From contig CAYSAQ010000007.1 of assembly GCA_964429235.1 (NCBI GenBank), positions 35,581-67,580 on the forward strand: 32,000 nucleotides of DNA, given 5' to 3'. Under the pieces are notes generated by a model. The model had not been told where the DNA came from. It worked only from the letters and a program-made list of their open reading frames with translations, and did no database searches. This document shows positions 22,754 through 30,828 of the stretch, one piece after another. The DNA comes from an uncultured Candidatus Marinamargulisbacteria bacterium. GTDB taxonomy: Bacteria > Margulisbacteria > Riflemargulisbacteria > GWF2-35-9 > DYQY01. Each line of letters opens with the position of its first letter. Position 1 is the first letter of the stretch. The position numbers and the translations under genes were made by a program.

Positions 22754-23326
22754 ATGAGCGAGAAGAAAGAAAATAATAATAATCAGCCTCAGCACCATAA
22801 TCAAAAACCTAAAAAGAAGTATAATCATAATCACAGCAACAATCACAACCAAAAAGATAAGCAGAAGGATAAACCAAGAGACAAGAACAAAATAAGCGAG
22901 CACTTTAATAGAACTCACTTTGCTTGTACTTGCGGTAACTGTAATCAAGAGTTTCGGATGTCTTTAGCGCTTATTGGAATTCTTGAACACTTAAAAGCCA
23001 AATTCAATCAGAATATTAATGTCCATAGAGCATATGTTTGCGAGGATTATGCCAAAGAACTTTTTGGTAATAGTAAAGATTATCATAGTAAAGGGAAAGC
23101 AATCGACATTAGTATAAATAACGTTGAGTTGAAAGATATTTTCAATGAAGTTGAGAATTTAATAGAAATTACTGGTATTGGGTTTGTGCCTTCAAAAGGT
23201 ATTTTACATATAGATATGAGAGATAAAGACAGGAATGTCTTTATAGTAGAGAATGGAACCAATCAGGATTTGACTCTAGCAATGAGGAACAAGTACGGGT
23301 TACAAGATCTTGAAGCAACTTCTTGA
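22754..23326 (+). CDS. peptidase M15A (Peptidase_M15_3 / YcbK-like zinc cell-wall peptidase) with a His/Asn/Lys-rich N-terminal extension
   Basis: The family pattern is present: HFACTCGNC...(R)AYVC...YHSKGKAIDI...ILHIDMRD, giving the His/Asp/His zinc-ligand context. The first ~50 residues are low-complexity (NNNNQPQHHNQKPKKKYNHNHSNNHNQKDKQKDK). No signal peptide is visible. Confidence 0.7.
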   Translation: MSEKKENNNNQPQHHNQKPKKKYNHNHSNNHNQKDKQKDKPRDKNKISEHFNRTHFACTCGNCNQEFRMSLALIGILEHLKAKFNQNINVHRAYVCEDYAKELFGNSKDYHSKGKAIDISINNVELKDIFNEVENLIEITGIGFVPSKGILHIDMRDKDRNVFIVENGTNQDLTLAMRNKYGLQDLEATS

Positions 23327-24179
23327 TAGATTCCTTATATATTTAAATATTCAAAAAGGTTATTCCCCGCATACAGTTGATGCCTATAAATCAGATTTAA
23401 AAGATTTCATTAAATTTTTAGAAAAAGCTAATATTTCATCTATAGAAAATGTTTCAGAAGGTGTTATAAAAAAATATGTTTATTCAATGAGAGATAGAGG
23501 AATAAGCAAGCGAAGTATTTCAAGAAAAATATCTTCGTTAAAGAGTCTATGGAAGTATTTAATTAGGTTTGGTATAGCTACACAAGATTTTACGCAGTTT
23601 TTAGAAACTCCTAAATTAGAAAAAAAGTTACCTATCTTTTTTTCTTCTGAAGAAGTTGATCAGTGTATAGCTTGTTTACAAGGTACTTCTTCTGAGAAAA
23701 GAGATGTCGCAATTTTTGAATTGCTATATTCCACTGGTTTAAGAATATCAGAACTAATCTCATTAGATGTCGGATCTATAGATGAGATGAGAGAAGAAAT
23801 CCGGGTTATTGGAAAAAGAGATAAAGAGAGAATTGTTATTTTGGGCGAGCATGCGAGTAGGTTGATCCGTGAATATACTCAAGAGTATCGAGAGAAATAT
23901 AAAAGCAATAGAGAAAAGGCATTATTTATAAATGCTCGAGGTGGAAGATTGAGTGTTAGAAGTGTGCAGCGTTTATTTAAAAAGGTAAGTAAGCTGATTG
24001 GGAAGGATGTCACTCCTCATACGTTGCGTCATTCCTTTGCTACTGCATTATTGAATAATGGAGCAGATCTCAGAACAGTACAAGAGCTTTTAGGCCACTC
24101 CAGCCTACAAACTACGCAATTATATACTCATGTAACAGTCAAAAAACTACAAGAAATTATGGATAAAGTACGCTTTTAA
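23310..24179 (+). CDS. tyrosine recombinase, XerC/XerD family
   Basis: 289 aa. N-terminal SAM-like domain (FLIYLNIQKGYSPHTVDAYKSDLKDFIKFL). Catalytic region ...RISELISL..., HTLRHSFATALLNNGADLRTVQELLGHSSLQTTQLYTHV. TTG start overlapping the upstream gene. Confidence 0.9.
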   Translation: MKQLLDRFLIYLNIQKGYSPHTVDAYKSDLKDFIKFLEKANISSIENVSEGVIKKYVYSMRDRGISKRSISRKISSLKSLWKYLIRFGIATQDFTQFLETPKLEKKLPIFFSSEEVDQCIACLQGTSSEKRDVAIFELLYSTGLRISELISLDVGSIDEMREEIRVIGKRDKERIVILGEHASRLIREYTQEYREKYKSNREKALFINARGGRLSVRSVQRLFKKVSKLIGKDVTPHTLRHSFATALLNNGADLRTVQELLGHSSLQTTQLYTHVTVKKLQEIMDKVRF

Positions 24180-24197
24180 AAACCTTTCCAGGTTAGG

Positions 24198-24225
24198 TTG
24201 ACATTGTTGCAATTTAGGGTAAAAC
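24198..24225 (+). promoter_or_regulatory. candidate promoter TTGACA-16-TAAAAC upstream of flgF
   Basis: Perfect -35 at 24198-24203 and a weak -10 at 24220-24225. This would give a ~110-nt leader. Confidence 0.3.
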
Positions 24226-24338
24226 TAAGAGTAAGGATGAATTAGAGAAGTAGAATATATTGCTGGTCCGCATGTCGGGGGCAATTTCACAAAAATATTT
24301 TTACTATCTCGCCAAATAACTAGGGAGAGTGGTGCTCA

Positions 24339-25073
24339 ATGAGGGAATCGCTATTAATAAGCGCTAAAGCTATGAATATTAGTAGGAACGTAATGGACGT
24401 TACTGCAAATAATCTAGCAAATCTAAATACAATAGGGTATAAACGAGACAAAGTTTATGCAACATCTTTTCAAGATATGATAGCAAAGCGCATAGGTGGC
24501 AAAAACGAGCCATATACCGTGCCAAGTCAAATAAAAACTGCTACAGATTTTTCAAATGGAGAACTTCAGTTTACTAATGATAAATTAAATGTAGCCATAA
24601 GTGGTGATGGGTTTTTTAAGGTAACTACTCCCGATGGAGATACTGCTTATACAAGACGTGGTGCTTTTACGTTGAACAGTAATAGACAATTATCGATTGG
24701 TAATAATTTAGTAATGGGTAGTAGTGGACCAATTACTTTAGAAAATATGGATATTTCAATTGATGAACAAGGTGAGATTTATGATAGAGACAATTCTCCT
24801 ATAGGGGAATTAGCAATAGTTAACGTGGCTAATAAAAATGAGTTGCGCAAAATAGGTGTTTCCTTGTTTAAATCAGATAGTGCTGAAGAGACTGAGTTTA
24901 ACGGAGTTATCAGACATAGATATATTGAAAAATCAAACGTAAATCAGGCAAATGCAATGATAGAAATGTTAGCTATGATGGACTCGCTTAGACAATTTGA
25001 AACTCAACAGAAATTAGTTCAAATTCAAGATGAGTTAAACGGTAAAGCAATAAGCCAAATTGGCGCTGTATAA
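24339..25073 (+). CDS. flgF: flagellar basal-body rod protein FlgF (proximal rod, FlgG paralogue)
   Basis: 244 aa. VTANNLANLNTIGYKRD at the N-terminus and a C-terminal rod motif. It lies immediately upstream of flgG. Confidence 0.8.
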   Translation: MRESLLISAKAMNISRNVMDVTANNLANLNTIGYKRDKVYATSFQDMIAKRIGGKNEPYTVPSQIKTATDFSNGELQFTNDKLNVAISGDGFFKVTTPDGDTAYTRRGAFTLNSNRQLSIGNNLVMGSSGPITLENMDISIDEQGEIYDRDNSPIGELAIVNVANKNELRKIGVSLFKSDSAEETEFNGVIRHRYIEKSNVNQANAMIEMLAMMDSLRQFETQQKLVQIQDELNGKAISQIGAV

Positions 25074-25087
25074 AAGGGGGTATATAA

Positions 25088-25873
25088 ATGACTAGATCAA
25101 TGTGGATATCAGCAACGGGGATGATGGCTCAACAGCTTAATATAGATGTAATTGCCAATAATTTAGCAAACGTGAATACAACAGGTTTTAAAAAATCGAG
25201 AGTTGATTTTGAAGACCTTATGTACCAAAAATTAAGCGTCACAAATAATTTTAATAGTCCTGAACAACAAAACATACCTGTTGAAGTTGGTTTAGGGGTA
25301 AGAAGTACTGGAGTTCCAAAGATACATACTAATGGTAGTCTTCAGCAAACACAAAACGAATTAGATCTGGCCATAGAAGGAGATGGTTTCTTTCAGGTTG
25401 TTTTGCCAGATGGTGAGATCGGCTACACAAGAGCCGGGAATTTCAGAAAAGATGCTGACGGTTATATTGCTACTCCCGATGGATTTTATTTAGAACCATC
25501 GCTACAAATACCAGATGATGCTGAGGAGTTCTTTGTTAGTGCTGCTGGAGCTGTAAGTGTTTCTAGAGTAGGAACTGCTACTATTGAGGAAATTGGTCAG
25601 ATATATTTGGCGGATTTCCCAAACCCAGCAGGGTTAAACAATAAAGGGCGTAATGTTTCTGTTGAAACTGGTGCATCAGGGCAACCATATGAATCTACTC
25701 CAGGAGTGGATGGCTCAGGCACATTGGCTCAAGGATATTTAGAGGGATCTAATGTTGATATAGCAGAAGAGATGATAAATATGATTATTGCTCAGAGGGC
25801 TTATGAAATAAATTCTAAAGCAATCCAGACTTCAGATGAATTGTTATCAATGACGAATAACTTAAAGAGGTAA
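25088..25873 (+). CDS. flgG: flagellar distal rod protein FlgG
   Basis: 261 aa. SATGMMAQQLNIDVIANNLANVNTTGFKKSRVDFEDLMYQ and the C-terminal IIAQRAYEINSKAIQTSDE. Confidence 0.95.
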   Translation: MTRSMWISATGMMAQQLNIDVIANNLANVNTTGFKKSRVDFEDLMYQKLSVTNNFNSPEQQNIPVEVGLGVRSTGVPKIHTNGSLQQTQNELDLAIEGDGFFQVVLPDGEIGYTRAGNFRKDADGYIATPDGFYLEPSLQIPDDAEEFFVSAAGAVSVSRVGTATIEEIGQIYLADFPNPAGLNNKGRNVSVETGASGQPYESTPGVDGSGTLAQGYLEGSNVDIAEEMINMIIAQRAYEINSKAIQTSDELLSMTNNLKR

Positions 25874-25877
25874 ATAA

Positions 25878-26555
25878 GTGAAGAATAGATTAGCATTATT
25901 ATTTTTTATATTAACAGTATCTTTTGCGGTGAACGTAGATGTTGTAAAGGACATGATAGATAAACAACTATCGCCATCCTTTGCTAAATATAAAAAATAT
26001 GAAATGGTTATTATGCAAGAGCCACAAAATGCTAGCAAAATTATTACAGGTAGCGTTGTTATAGATCCAATTAAAGCAAAACCAGGAATGAATGTTTTTT
26101 CTATAAAGGGAACAATTGGGGACAAGATGAGAGTCGCAAAATATTTAGTAAAAATAAATGTTTTTGATGACGTTTTTGTTGCAAAGCAACGAGTGAAGAG
26201 TAATGACCGATTTGTTGCAAGTAATTTTGAGAAGAAACTTATGGACGTATCGTCTATTGTTAGTTCTGGCAAACAATGGGTTACATCAACTGCAGATTTT
26301 GCAGAATATAGGTTTGTAAGACCTATTAGGAGAGGCGATATTATCTTAGAGAGAATGCTAGAACCAATGCCTGATGTTTTGAAAGATGATGTTTTAAAAC
26401 TAACCTTAAACGAAGGTGTTGTAAGGATGACTTGTGAAGTCGTTGCAATGGAAGAGGCTTTTGTTGGAGATATCATTGATGTTATCCATCCAAAATATAA
26501 GAAACCCTTGCAAGTTGTAGTTAAAGAATCTGCCAATGTAGAGATGAAAGGTTAA
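25878..26555 (+). CDS. flgA: flagellar P-ring formation chaperone FlgA
   Basis: GTG start 6 nt after AAGAGG. It has a signal peptide and a C-terminal SAF/FlgA-like region (RRGDIILERML...GDIIDV). It sits between flgG and flgH. Confidence 0.8.
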   Translation: MKNRLALLFFILTVSFAVNVDVVKDMIDKQLSPSFAKYKKYEMVIMQEPQNASKIITGSVVIDPIKAKPGMNVFSIKGTIGDKMRVAKYLVKINVFDDVFVAKQRVKSNDRFVASNFEKKLMDVSSIVSSGKQWVTSTADFAEYRFVRPIRRGDIILERMLEPMPDVLKDDVLKLTLNEGVVRMTCEVVAMEEAFVGDIIDVIHPKYKKPLQVVVKESANVEMKG

Positions 26556-26566
26556 GGAGGACCAGT

Positions 26567-27136
26567 ATGAAAATAATAATGAGAGTATGCCTAATAGTAA
26601 TGTTAATGATGAGTTGTCATGCAGAATCATTATGGCAGGGAGAAAAAGGTGGTTTGTTTGATGATCATATAGCAGCTGAAGTTGGTGATAGTTTAACTAT
26701 CCTTGTAGTTGAAGAGATAACAAATAAACAAAAATCCGACAGTACAATAAAAAACACAAACTCATTCGCTTTTGGTCCAGGAACTGGGTATGGAAGCTTT
26801 TTAGAGGAAGAGACCGGAGCACCAAACGAGAGTTCTTTTGCTGCTGAGGGTGAGCAAAATACTGAGGGTGAATTTGTCGCAATGGTTACAGTTAGGGTTA
26901 TTGAAGTTTTAGATAACCAAGAGCTCCTAGTAGAAGGAAGTAAGAGAATAAATATTAATAATGATAAACAATTCATATATATAAAGGGCATTGTTAAGCC
27001 TGAAAATATTTCTAATAAGAATGAAGTTTACTCTAAGTATTTAGCAAATGCAGAGATTGTTTTCTCACAAGATGGCGAGATAAATAATGCGGTAGATCCT
27101 GGTTTGATAACAAAGATTTTTAATATGGTATTTTGA
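26567..27136 (+). CDS. flgH: flagellar L-ring lipoprotein FlgH
   Basis: Signal peptide ending ..LMMSC. SLWQGEKGGLFDDHIAAEVGDSLTILVVE is the typical FlgH N-terminal motif. Confidence 0.9.
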   Translation: MKIIMRVCLIVMLMMSCHAESLWQGEKGGLFDDHIAAEVGDSLTILVVEEITNKQKSDSTIKNTNSFAFGPGTGYGSFLEEETGAPNESSFAAEGEQNTEGEFVAMVTVRVIEVLDNQELLVEGSKRININNDKQFIYIKGIVKPENISNKNEVYSKYLANAEIVFSQDGEINNAVDPGLITKIFNMVF

Positions 27137-27146
27137 GGAAATTATT

Positions 27147-28253
27147 ATGAAAAAACTTATAGCATTTTTATTAATTATTACAATACAAAGCGTTTTTGCC
27201 CTCGATTCAGGGGTAACAACAAGAGTAAAGGATATTTCAAGATTATTGAATGATAGAGAGAATATACTAATTGGTTACGGGTTAGTAGTTGGTCTTCAGG
27301 GTACTGGAGATGATAACGTAATCATGAGACAAGGTATCGCAAATATGTTAAGTAACTTTGGTGTAAATAATTTATCAGTAGATGATTTAGAGTCAGACAA
27401 TACGGCAGTAGTAATGGTTACTGCAAAGTTAGGCGCATTTAATGTTCCTGGAGATAATATTGATATACATGTCTCCTCACTTGGACAGTCAAGTAGTTTG
27501 CGTGGTGGAATGTTATTATTCACACCTCTTAAAGCTGCTAACGGCGAAGTTTATGCAATAGCACAAGGACCTGTTGCTGTTGGCGGATATAGTGTTTCTG
27601 GAAAAAGAAGTAGTAGTGTAAAGAATCATACTGCCTCAGGAACCATACCTAATGGTGCGATTATTGAAAAATCAGTAAAAACAGAATTGGCAGTAGATGG
27701 AGAGCTTATCTGGGTATTGGATAGAAAAGACTTCAGTACTATTGATAACATCAGACTAGCAATAATTGAGCAGAATGCTGATTGGGAAGTTGCTTCTCTT
27801 AGTGGTTCTCAGTTTTCAATAAAGCTTCCTGCTGAATACGAAGGTAAAGAAATAGAGTTGATTTCTCTAATAAATAACTTGGAAGTAGAGTCTGATAGTG
27901 AGGCTAGGATAGTTATTAATGAGCGCACTGGTGCCGTGGTTATTGGTGGTCCAGTAAGAATAGCACCAGTTGTTATTTCTTATCAGAATATGAATGTTTC
28001 CGTAAGTGATAGTTCTGCTGTTTCACAGCCAGGTGCTTTTTCTTCAGGTGCTACAAAAGTAGTAAATGATACGAGCATCTCTATTAAACAGGGATTATCA
28101 GGAGCATTAGAAATAGTTGATACCAAAGAGAATACTATAGAACAAGTAGTTAGTGTTCTTAATCGTATTGGCATGGAGCCAAGTGATGTGATTACTATTC
28201 TTCAGTTAATGAAAGAAGCTGGGGCGATAAAAGCGAAGATGGAGATTATTTAA
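27147..28253 (+). CDS. flgI: flagellar P-ring protein FlgI
   Basis: 368 aa with a signal peptide. RVKDISRL...LIGYGLVVGLQGTGD and GGMLLFTPLKAANGEVYAIAQGPV. Confidence 0.95.
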   Translation: MKKLIAFLLIITIQSVFALDSGVTTRVKDISRLLNDRENILIGYGLVVGLQGTGDDNVIMRQGIANMLSNFGVNNLSVDDLESDNTAVVMVTAKLGAFNVPGDNIDIHVSSLGQSSSLRGGMLLFTPLKAANGEVYAIAQGPVAVGGYSVSGKRSSSVKNHTASGTIPNGAIIEKSVKTELAVDGELIWVLDRKDFSTIDNIRLAIIEQNADWEVASLSGSQFSIKLPAEYEGKEIELISLINNLEVESDSEARIVINERTGAVVIGGPVRIAPVVISYQNMNVSVSDSSAVSQPGAFSSGATKVVNDTSISIKQGLSGALEIVDTKENTIEQVVSVLNRIGMEPSDVITILQLMKEAGAIKAKMEII

Positions 28254-28564
28254 TGAATATCACAGATATCGCTAGTATTAGTAAAGATTTTGGGGAAATT
28301 AGATCCGACAAAGCGTCTAAAGATCTTGAAAGCTATTTTATTAATTTTTTGTTAAAGGAAATGAGAAAAACTATACCAAAAAGTGATTTGTTTGGTAAAA
28401 ATTCTGCAGAAACAATGTATACCGAAATGTTTGATCAACAACTAGCTCAGAATCTTGCAGATGCAGGTGGCTTAGGACTTGCGAAGCATATTAATAAGGT
28501 AATGGCTGTTCAGCAGAAAGCCGTGCAAGGCTATGAGGAGGCAAATAATTTAATACAAAGCTAA
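28253..28564 (+). CDS. flgJ: FlgJ-like rod-binding protein (N-terminal Rod_binding domain only)
   Basis: 103 aa. LESYFINFLLKEMRKT...MYTEMFDQQLAQNLADAGGLGLA. No glucosaminidase or peptidase domain follows. Confidence 0.8.
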   Translation: MNITDIASISKDFGEIRSDKASKDLESYFINFLLKEMRKTIPKSDLFGKNSAETMYTEMFDQQLAQNLADAGGLGLAKHINKVMAVQQKAVQGYEEANNLIQS

Positions 28565-28588
28565 AGTTTTCATTTCTTGTACCGATAA
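28562..28588 (+). promoter_or_regulatory. sigma-28 (FliA)-type promoter TAAAGTTT-N11-ACCGATAA upstream of flgM
   Basis: TAAAGTTT at 28562-28569 begins with the flgJ stop codon TAA. An 11-nt spacer follows, then ACCGATAA at 28581-28588 (7/8 to GCCGATAA). Confidence 0.7.
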
Positions 28589-28642
28589 TACTATCGATAG
28601 TATAGTAATTATATATCGATAACATATACAAGGAGTAGAATC

Positions 28643-28945
28643 ATGAGGATTATAGAATCTGGAGCTTTTGAAGAAATTAAAAAGGCAGCATTGCCAAAGC
28701 AAGAACGTAAAGTTCAAGCACAAAGCAATGAGCCTGTTAGTGAAGAAATAGTTGCTGAAGAAAATAAAAGAGCTTTTGAACTAGTCTTTAATGATAAAAG
28801 TTTTGATATTGATCTAAAGAAAGTAGAACAGATCAAGAAAGAAATAGATGAGGGACGCTACGAAGCCGACTCAGCTAAAATTGCAGAGGGGATTATTGAA
28901 AGTGAACAACGAGGCGAAAGTAGTATGGGATTATTTACAGGCTAA
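28643..28945 (+). CDS. flgM: anti-sigma-28 factor FlgM
   Basis: 100 aa with an AAGGAG SD. C-terminal DLKKVEQIKKEIDEGRYEADSAKIAEGII is the typical FlgM motif. Confidence 0.8.
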   Translation: MRIIESGAFEEIKKAALPKQERKVQAQSNEPVSEEIVAEENKRAFELVFNDKSFDIDLKKVEQIKKEIDEGRYEADSAKIAEGIIESEQRGESSMGLFTG

Positions 28946-29411
28946 CCTGAACGAACAGGCATCTGCATACACTCGTCTTTTAAACCTCCTTCAGCAAGAA
29001 AATCAAACATTAATATCTAGAACACCAAGTCAGCTAAATGAACTGACATCTCAAAAAGAATTATTAACACCACAAATAATGAACCTTAATAAAGATATGC
29101 TTTCTATTATTTCAAGAATATTAGTAGCAGAGCCAGGAGTGACTATAAATCTTGGGCAAGTCATCGAGGTTGCGCCAGAAGAATATCGCACAAGATTATT
29201 GAAATCTAAGAATGTTTTAAATAAACAAAAGCAAGAGCTTATTCAGTTGAAATACAGAAATCAAAAGCTAATGGAGAATTCATTAAAATATGTTCAACAT
29301 ATGATGAATAGGATGATGGACTTATGTTCTGATCATCAAGAAGTGTATTGTTCTAGAGGGAATACCAGCATTATCGGGGGTAATCGAAATCTAATGGATA
29401 TAGTTGCTTAA
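28896..29411 (+). CDS. flgN: FlgN-like flagellar export chaperone (start uncertain)
   Basis: Helical protein between flgM and flgK, with the FlgN-like pattern YTRLLNLLQQENQTLISRTPSQLNELTSQKE. The track start 28848 overlaps flgM by 98 nt. TTG 28896 (after GAGGGG) or GTG 28902 is more plausible. Confidence 0.6.
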   Translation: MKVNNEAKVVWDYLQANLNEQASAYTRLLNLLQQENQTLISRTPSQLNELTSQKELLTPQIMNLNKDMLSIISRILVAEPGVTINLGQVIEVAPEEYRTRLLKSKNVLNKQKQELIQLKYRNQKLMENSLKYVQHMMNRMMDLCSDHQEVYCSRGNTSIIGGNRNLMDIVA

Positions 29412-29423
29412 GGGGGTGTTTGA

Positions 29424-30815
29424 ATGTCAGGTGGATTAGAAATAGCAAGAAGAGCATTACAAACAAATTCATATATTATGGATACTATAGGTAATAACAT
29501 TGCTAATGTTAATACCGAAGGTTATTCAAGACAGGTTGTCAGAACAAAGCCAACTGATTCTATTAGTATAGCTGCTGACAGTCAAGTTAATCCGTTTGCT
29601 TCTTTAGGTACGGGCGTGAGTGCTTATGCAATAGAAAGAGTAAGGAACGAGTTCTTTGATAATCAGATGAGAAACATATTAGATGACTATGGTTCTTGGG
29701 AGCAGCAGTCGATAACATATAGTAATGTTGAGTCAATATTTAATGAACCATCTGATGTGGGAATTTCTGCAAATTTAGATGCTTTTTGGAACTCTTGGTA
29801 TTCTGTCCAACTTCCAGACCCTGCAGATTCTGGAGCAAGAGCAAATGTTTTAGCTTCAGCAGAACAATTAACGCAGTCATTAAGTTTTACTAGAAGTGCA
29901 TTAACAAATCTTAAGGTTAATCTTGATGATAGTATCTCCTTTAAGTTGGAAGAAGCAAATGGGTTAATTCAGAGTATTAGTAAGCTAAACACCCAAATTA
30001 TTGAGGCAGAAGCATCTGGGGGAACGACAAGCTTGAGAGATCAACGTAATGTCCAGGTTAATGAATTAGTCCAGCTTATTGATGCTTCTTATTATGAAGA
30101 TGACCGAGGTGGTGTAACAATTGCCTTCGGTGGATTAATTTTGGTAAGTGAGCAAGAGGTGAGTTTGTTAGAGGCTAAATATACGACTAGTTCGGGAGAG
30201 ACAAAGACTAGTATATTCCTTGAGGGATCTGTAAGAGAGATAGAGGTAACTGGTGGTGAGGTATATGGCATTGTTCAATCCAGAGACCAAATAGTCGATG
30301 GTTATATTGGCCAATTAGATGAGTTGGCTATGGCCGTAAAAGATAGTGTAAATTCTGTACATAGAGACGGTTATGACCTTTTAGGGAATAAAGGAATCAA
30401 TATTTTTGAGGGAACCAATGCTTATGATCTAAGCGTAAACGACCTATTGGCTAGAGACCCTTCTTTGCTTGCAGCATCTACGTCTCCAAATAATGTAGAG
30501 GGAAATGGCGAAAACGCATTAGCAATTAGTAACCTTCGAGATTTAGGAGTTTTTGATTCTGGGACAACATCGATTAATGAGTATTATCAGAATTTAATTT
30601 CAGATCTTGGGGTAAATTCATTAGCAGCACAGAATTATGTGAAGACAAATGAAGATATTAAGAAGCAGATCACTAATCAAATAGCAGAAGTGTCAGGTGT
30701 TTCGATTGATGAAGAAATGGCCGATATGATTCGTTATCAAAACGCATATCAGGCTATTGCTAAGTATTTAGGTGTGGTACAAGAAATGTTAGATGTGCTT
30801 ACAAATATGGTATAG
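29424..30815 (+). CDS. flgK: flagellar hook-associated protein 1 FlgK
   Basis: 463 aa. N-terminal GLEIARRALQTNSYIMDTIGNNIANVNTEGYSRQ and C-terminal EEMADMIRYQNAYQAIAKYL. Confidence 0.9.
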   Translation: MSGGLEIARRALQTNSYIMDTIGNNIANVNTEGYSRQVVRTKPTDSISIAADSQVNPFASLGTGVSAYAIERVRNEFFDNQMRNILDDYGSWEQQSITYSNVESIFNEPSDVGISANLDAFWNSWYSVQLPDPADSGARANVLASAEQLTQSLSFTRSALTNLKVNLDDSISFKLEEANGLIQSISKLNTQIIEAEASGGTTSLRDQRNVQVNELVQLIDASYYEDDRGGVTIAFGGLILVSEQEVSLLEAKYTTSSGETKTSIFLEGSVREIEVTGGEVYGIVQSRDQIVDGYIGQLDELAMAVKDSVNSVHRDGYDLLGNKGINIFEGTNAYDLSVNDLLARDPSLLAASTSPNNVEGNGENALAISNLRDLGVFDSGTTSINEYYQNLISDLGVNSLAAQNYVKTNEDIKKQITNQIAEVSGVSIDEEMADMIRYQNAYQAIAKYLGVVQEMLDVLTNMV

Positions 30816-30828
30816 GAGGTGAATTAGA

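Noticed and set aside
22736-22948. 70-aa hydrophobic minus-strand ORF
   Set aside because: It is the reverse complement of the A-rich low-complexity N-terminal coding region of the M15A peptidase. It is an artefact of that composition.
22583-24179. tRNA-Leu followed by a tyrosine recombinase and an endolysin-like M15 peptidase, considered as a possible integrative element or prophage remnant
   Set aside because: The recombinase has XerC/XerD length and its N-terminal SAM-like domain. It lies on the 5' side of the tRNA, whereas integration sites lie at tRNA 3' ends. I saw no direct repeat of the tRNA 3' end and no other phage or mobile genes.
24226-24338. Sigma-54 or sigma-28 promoter upstream of flgF (TGGTCCGCATG..., CGCCAAATAA)
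   Set aside because: There is no GG-N10-GC arrangement for sigma-54. CGCCAAATAA matches GCCGATAA poorly and has no properly spaced TAAA.
25862-26536. 224-aa ORF antisense to flgA
   Set aside because: It mirrors flgA almost exactly. flgA is supported by its position between flgG and flgH, an SD-spaced GTG start, a signal peptide and a FlgA-like C-terminus. The antisense product is a Ser/Thr/Ile/Phe-rich shadow.
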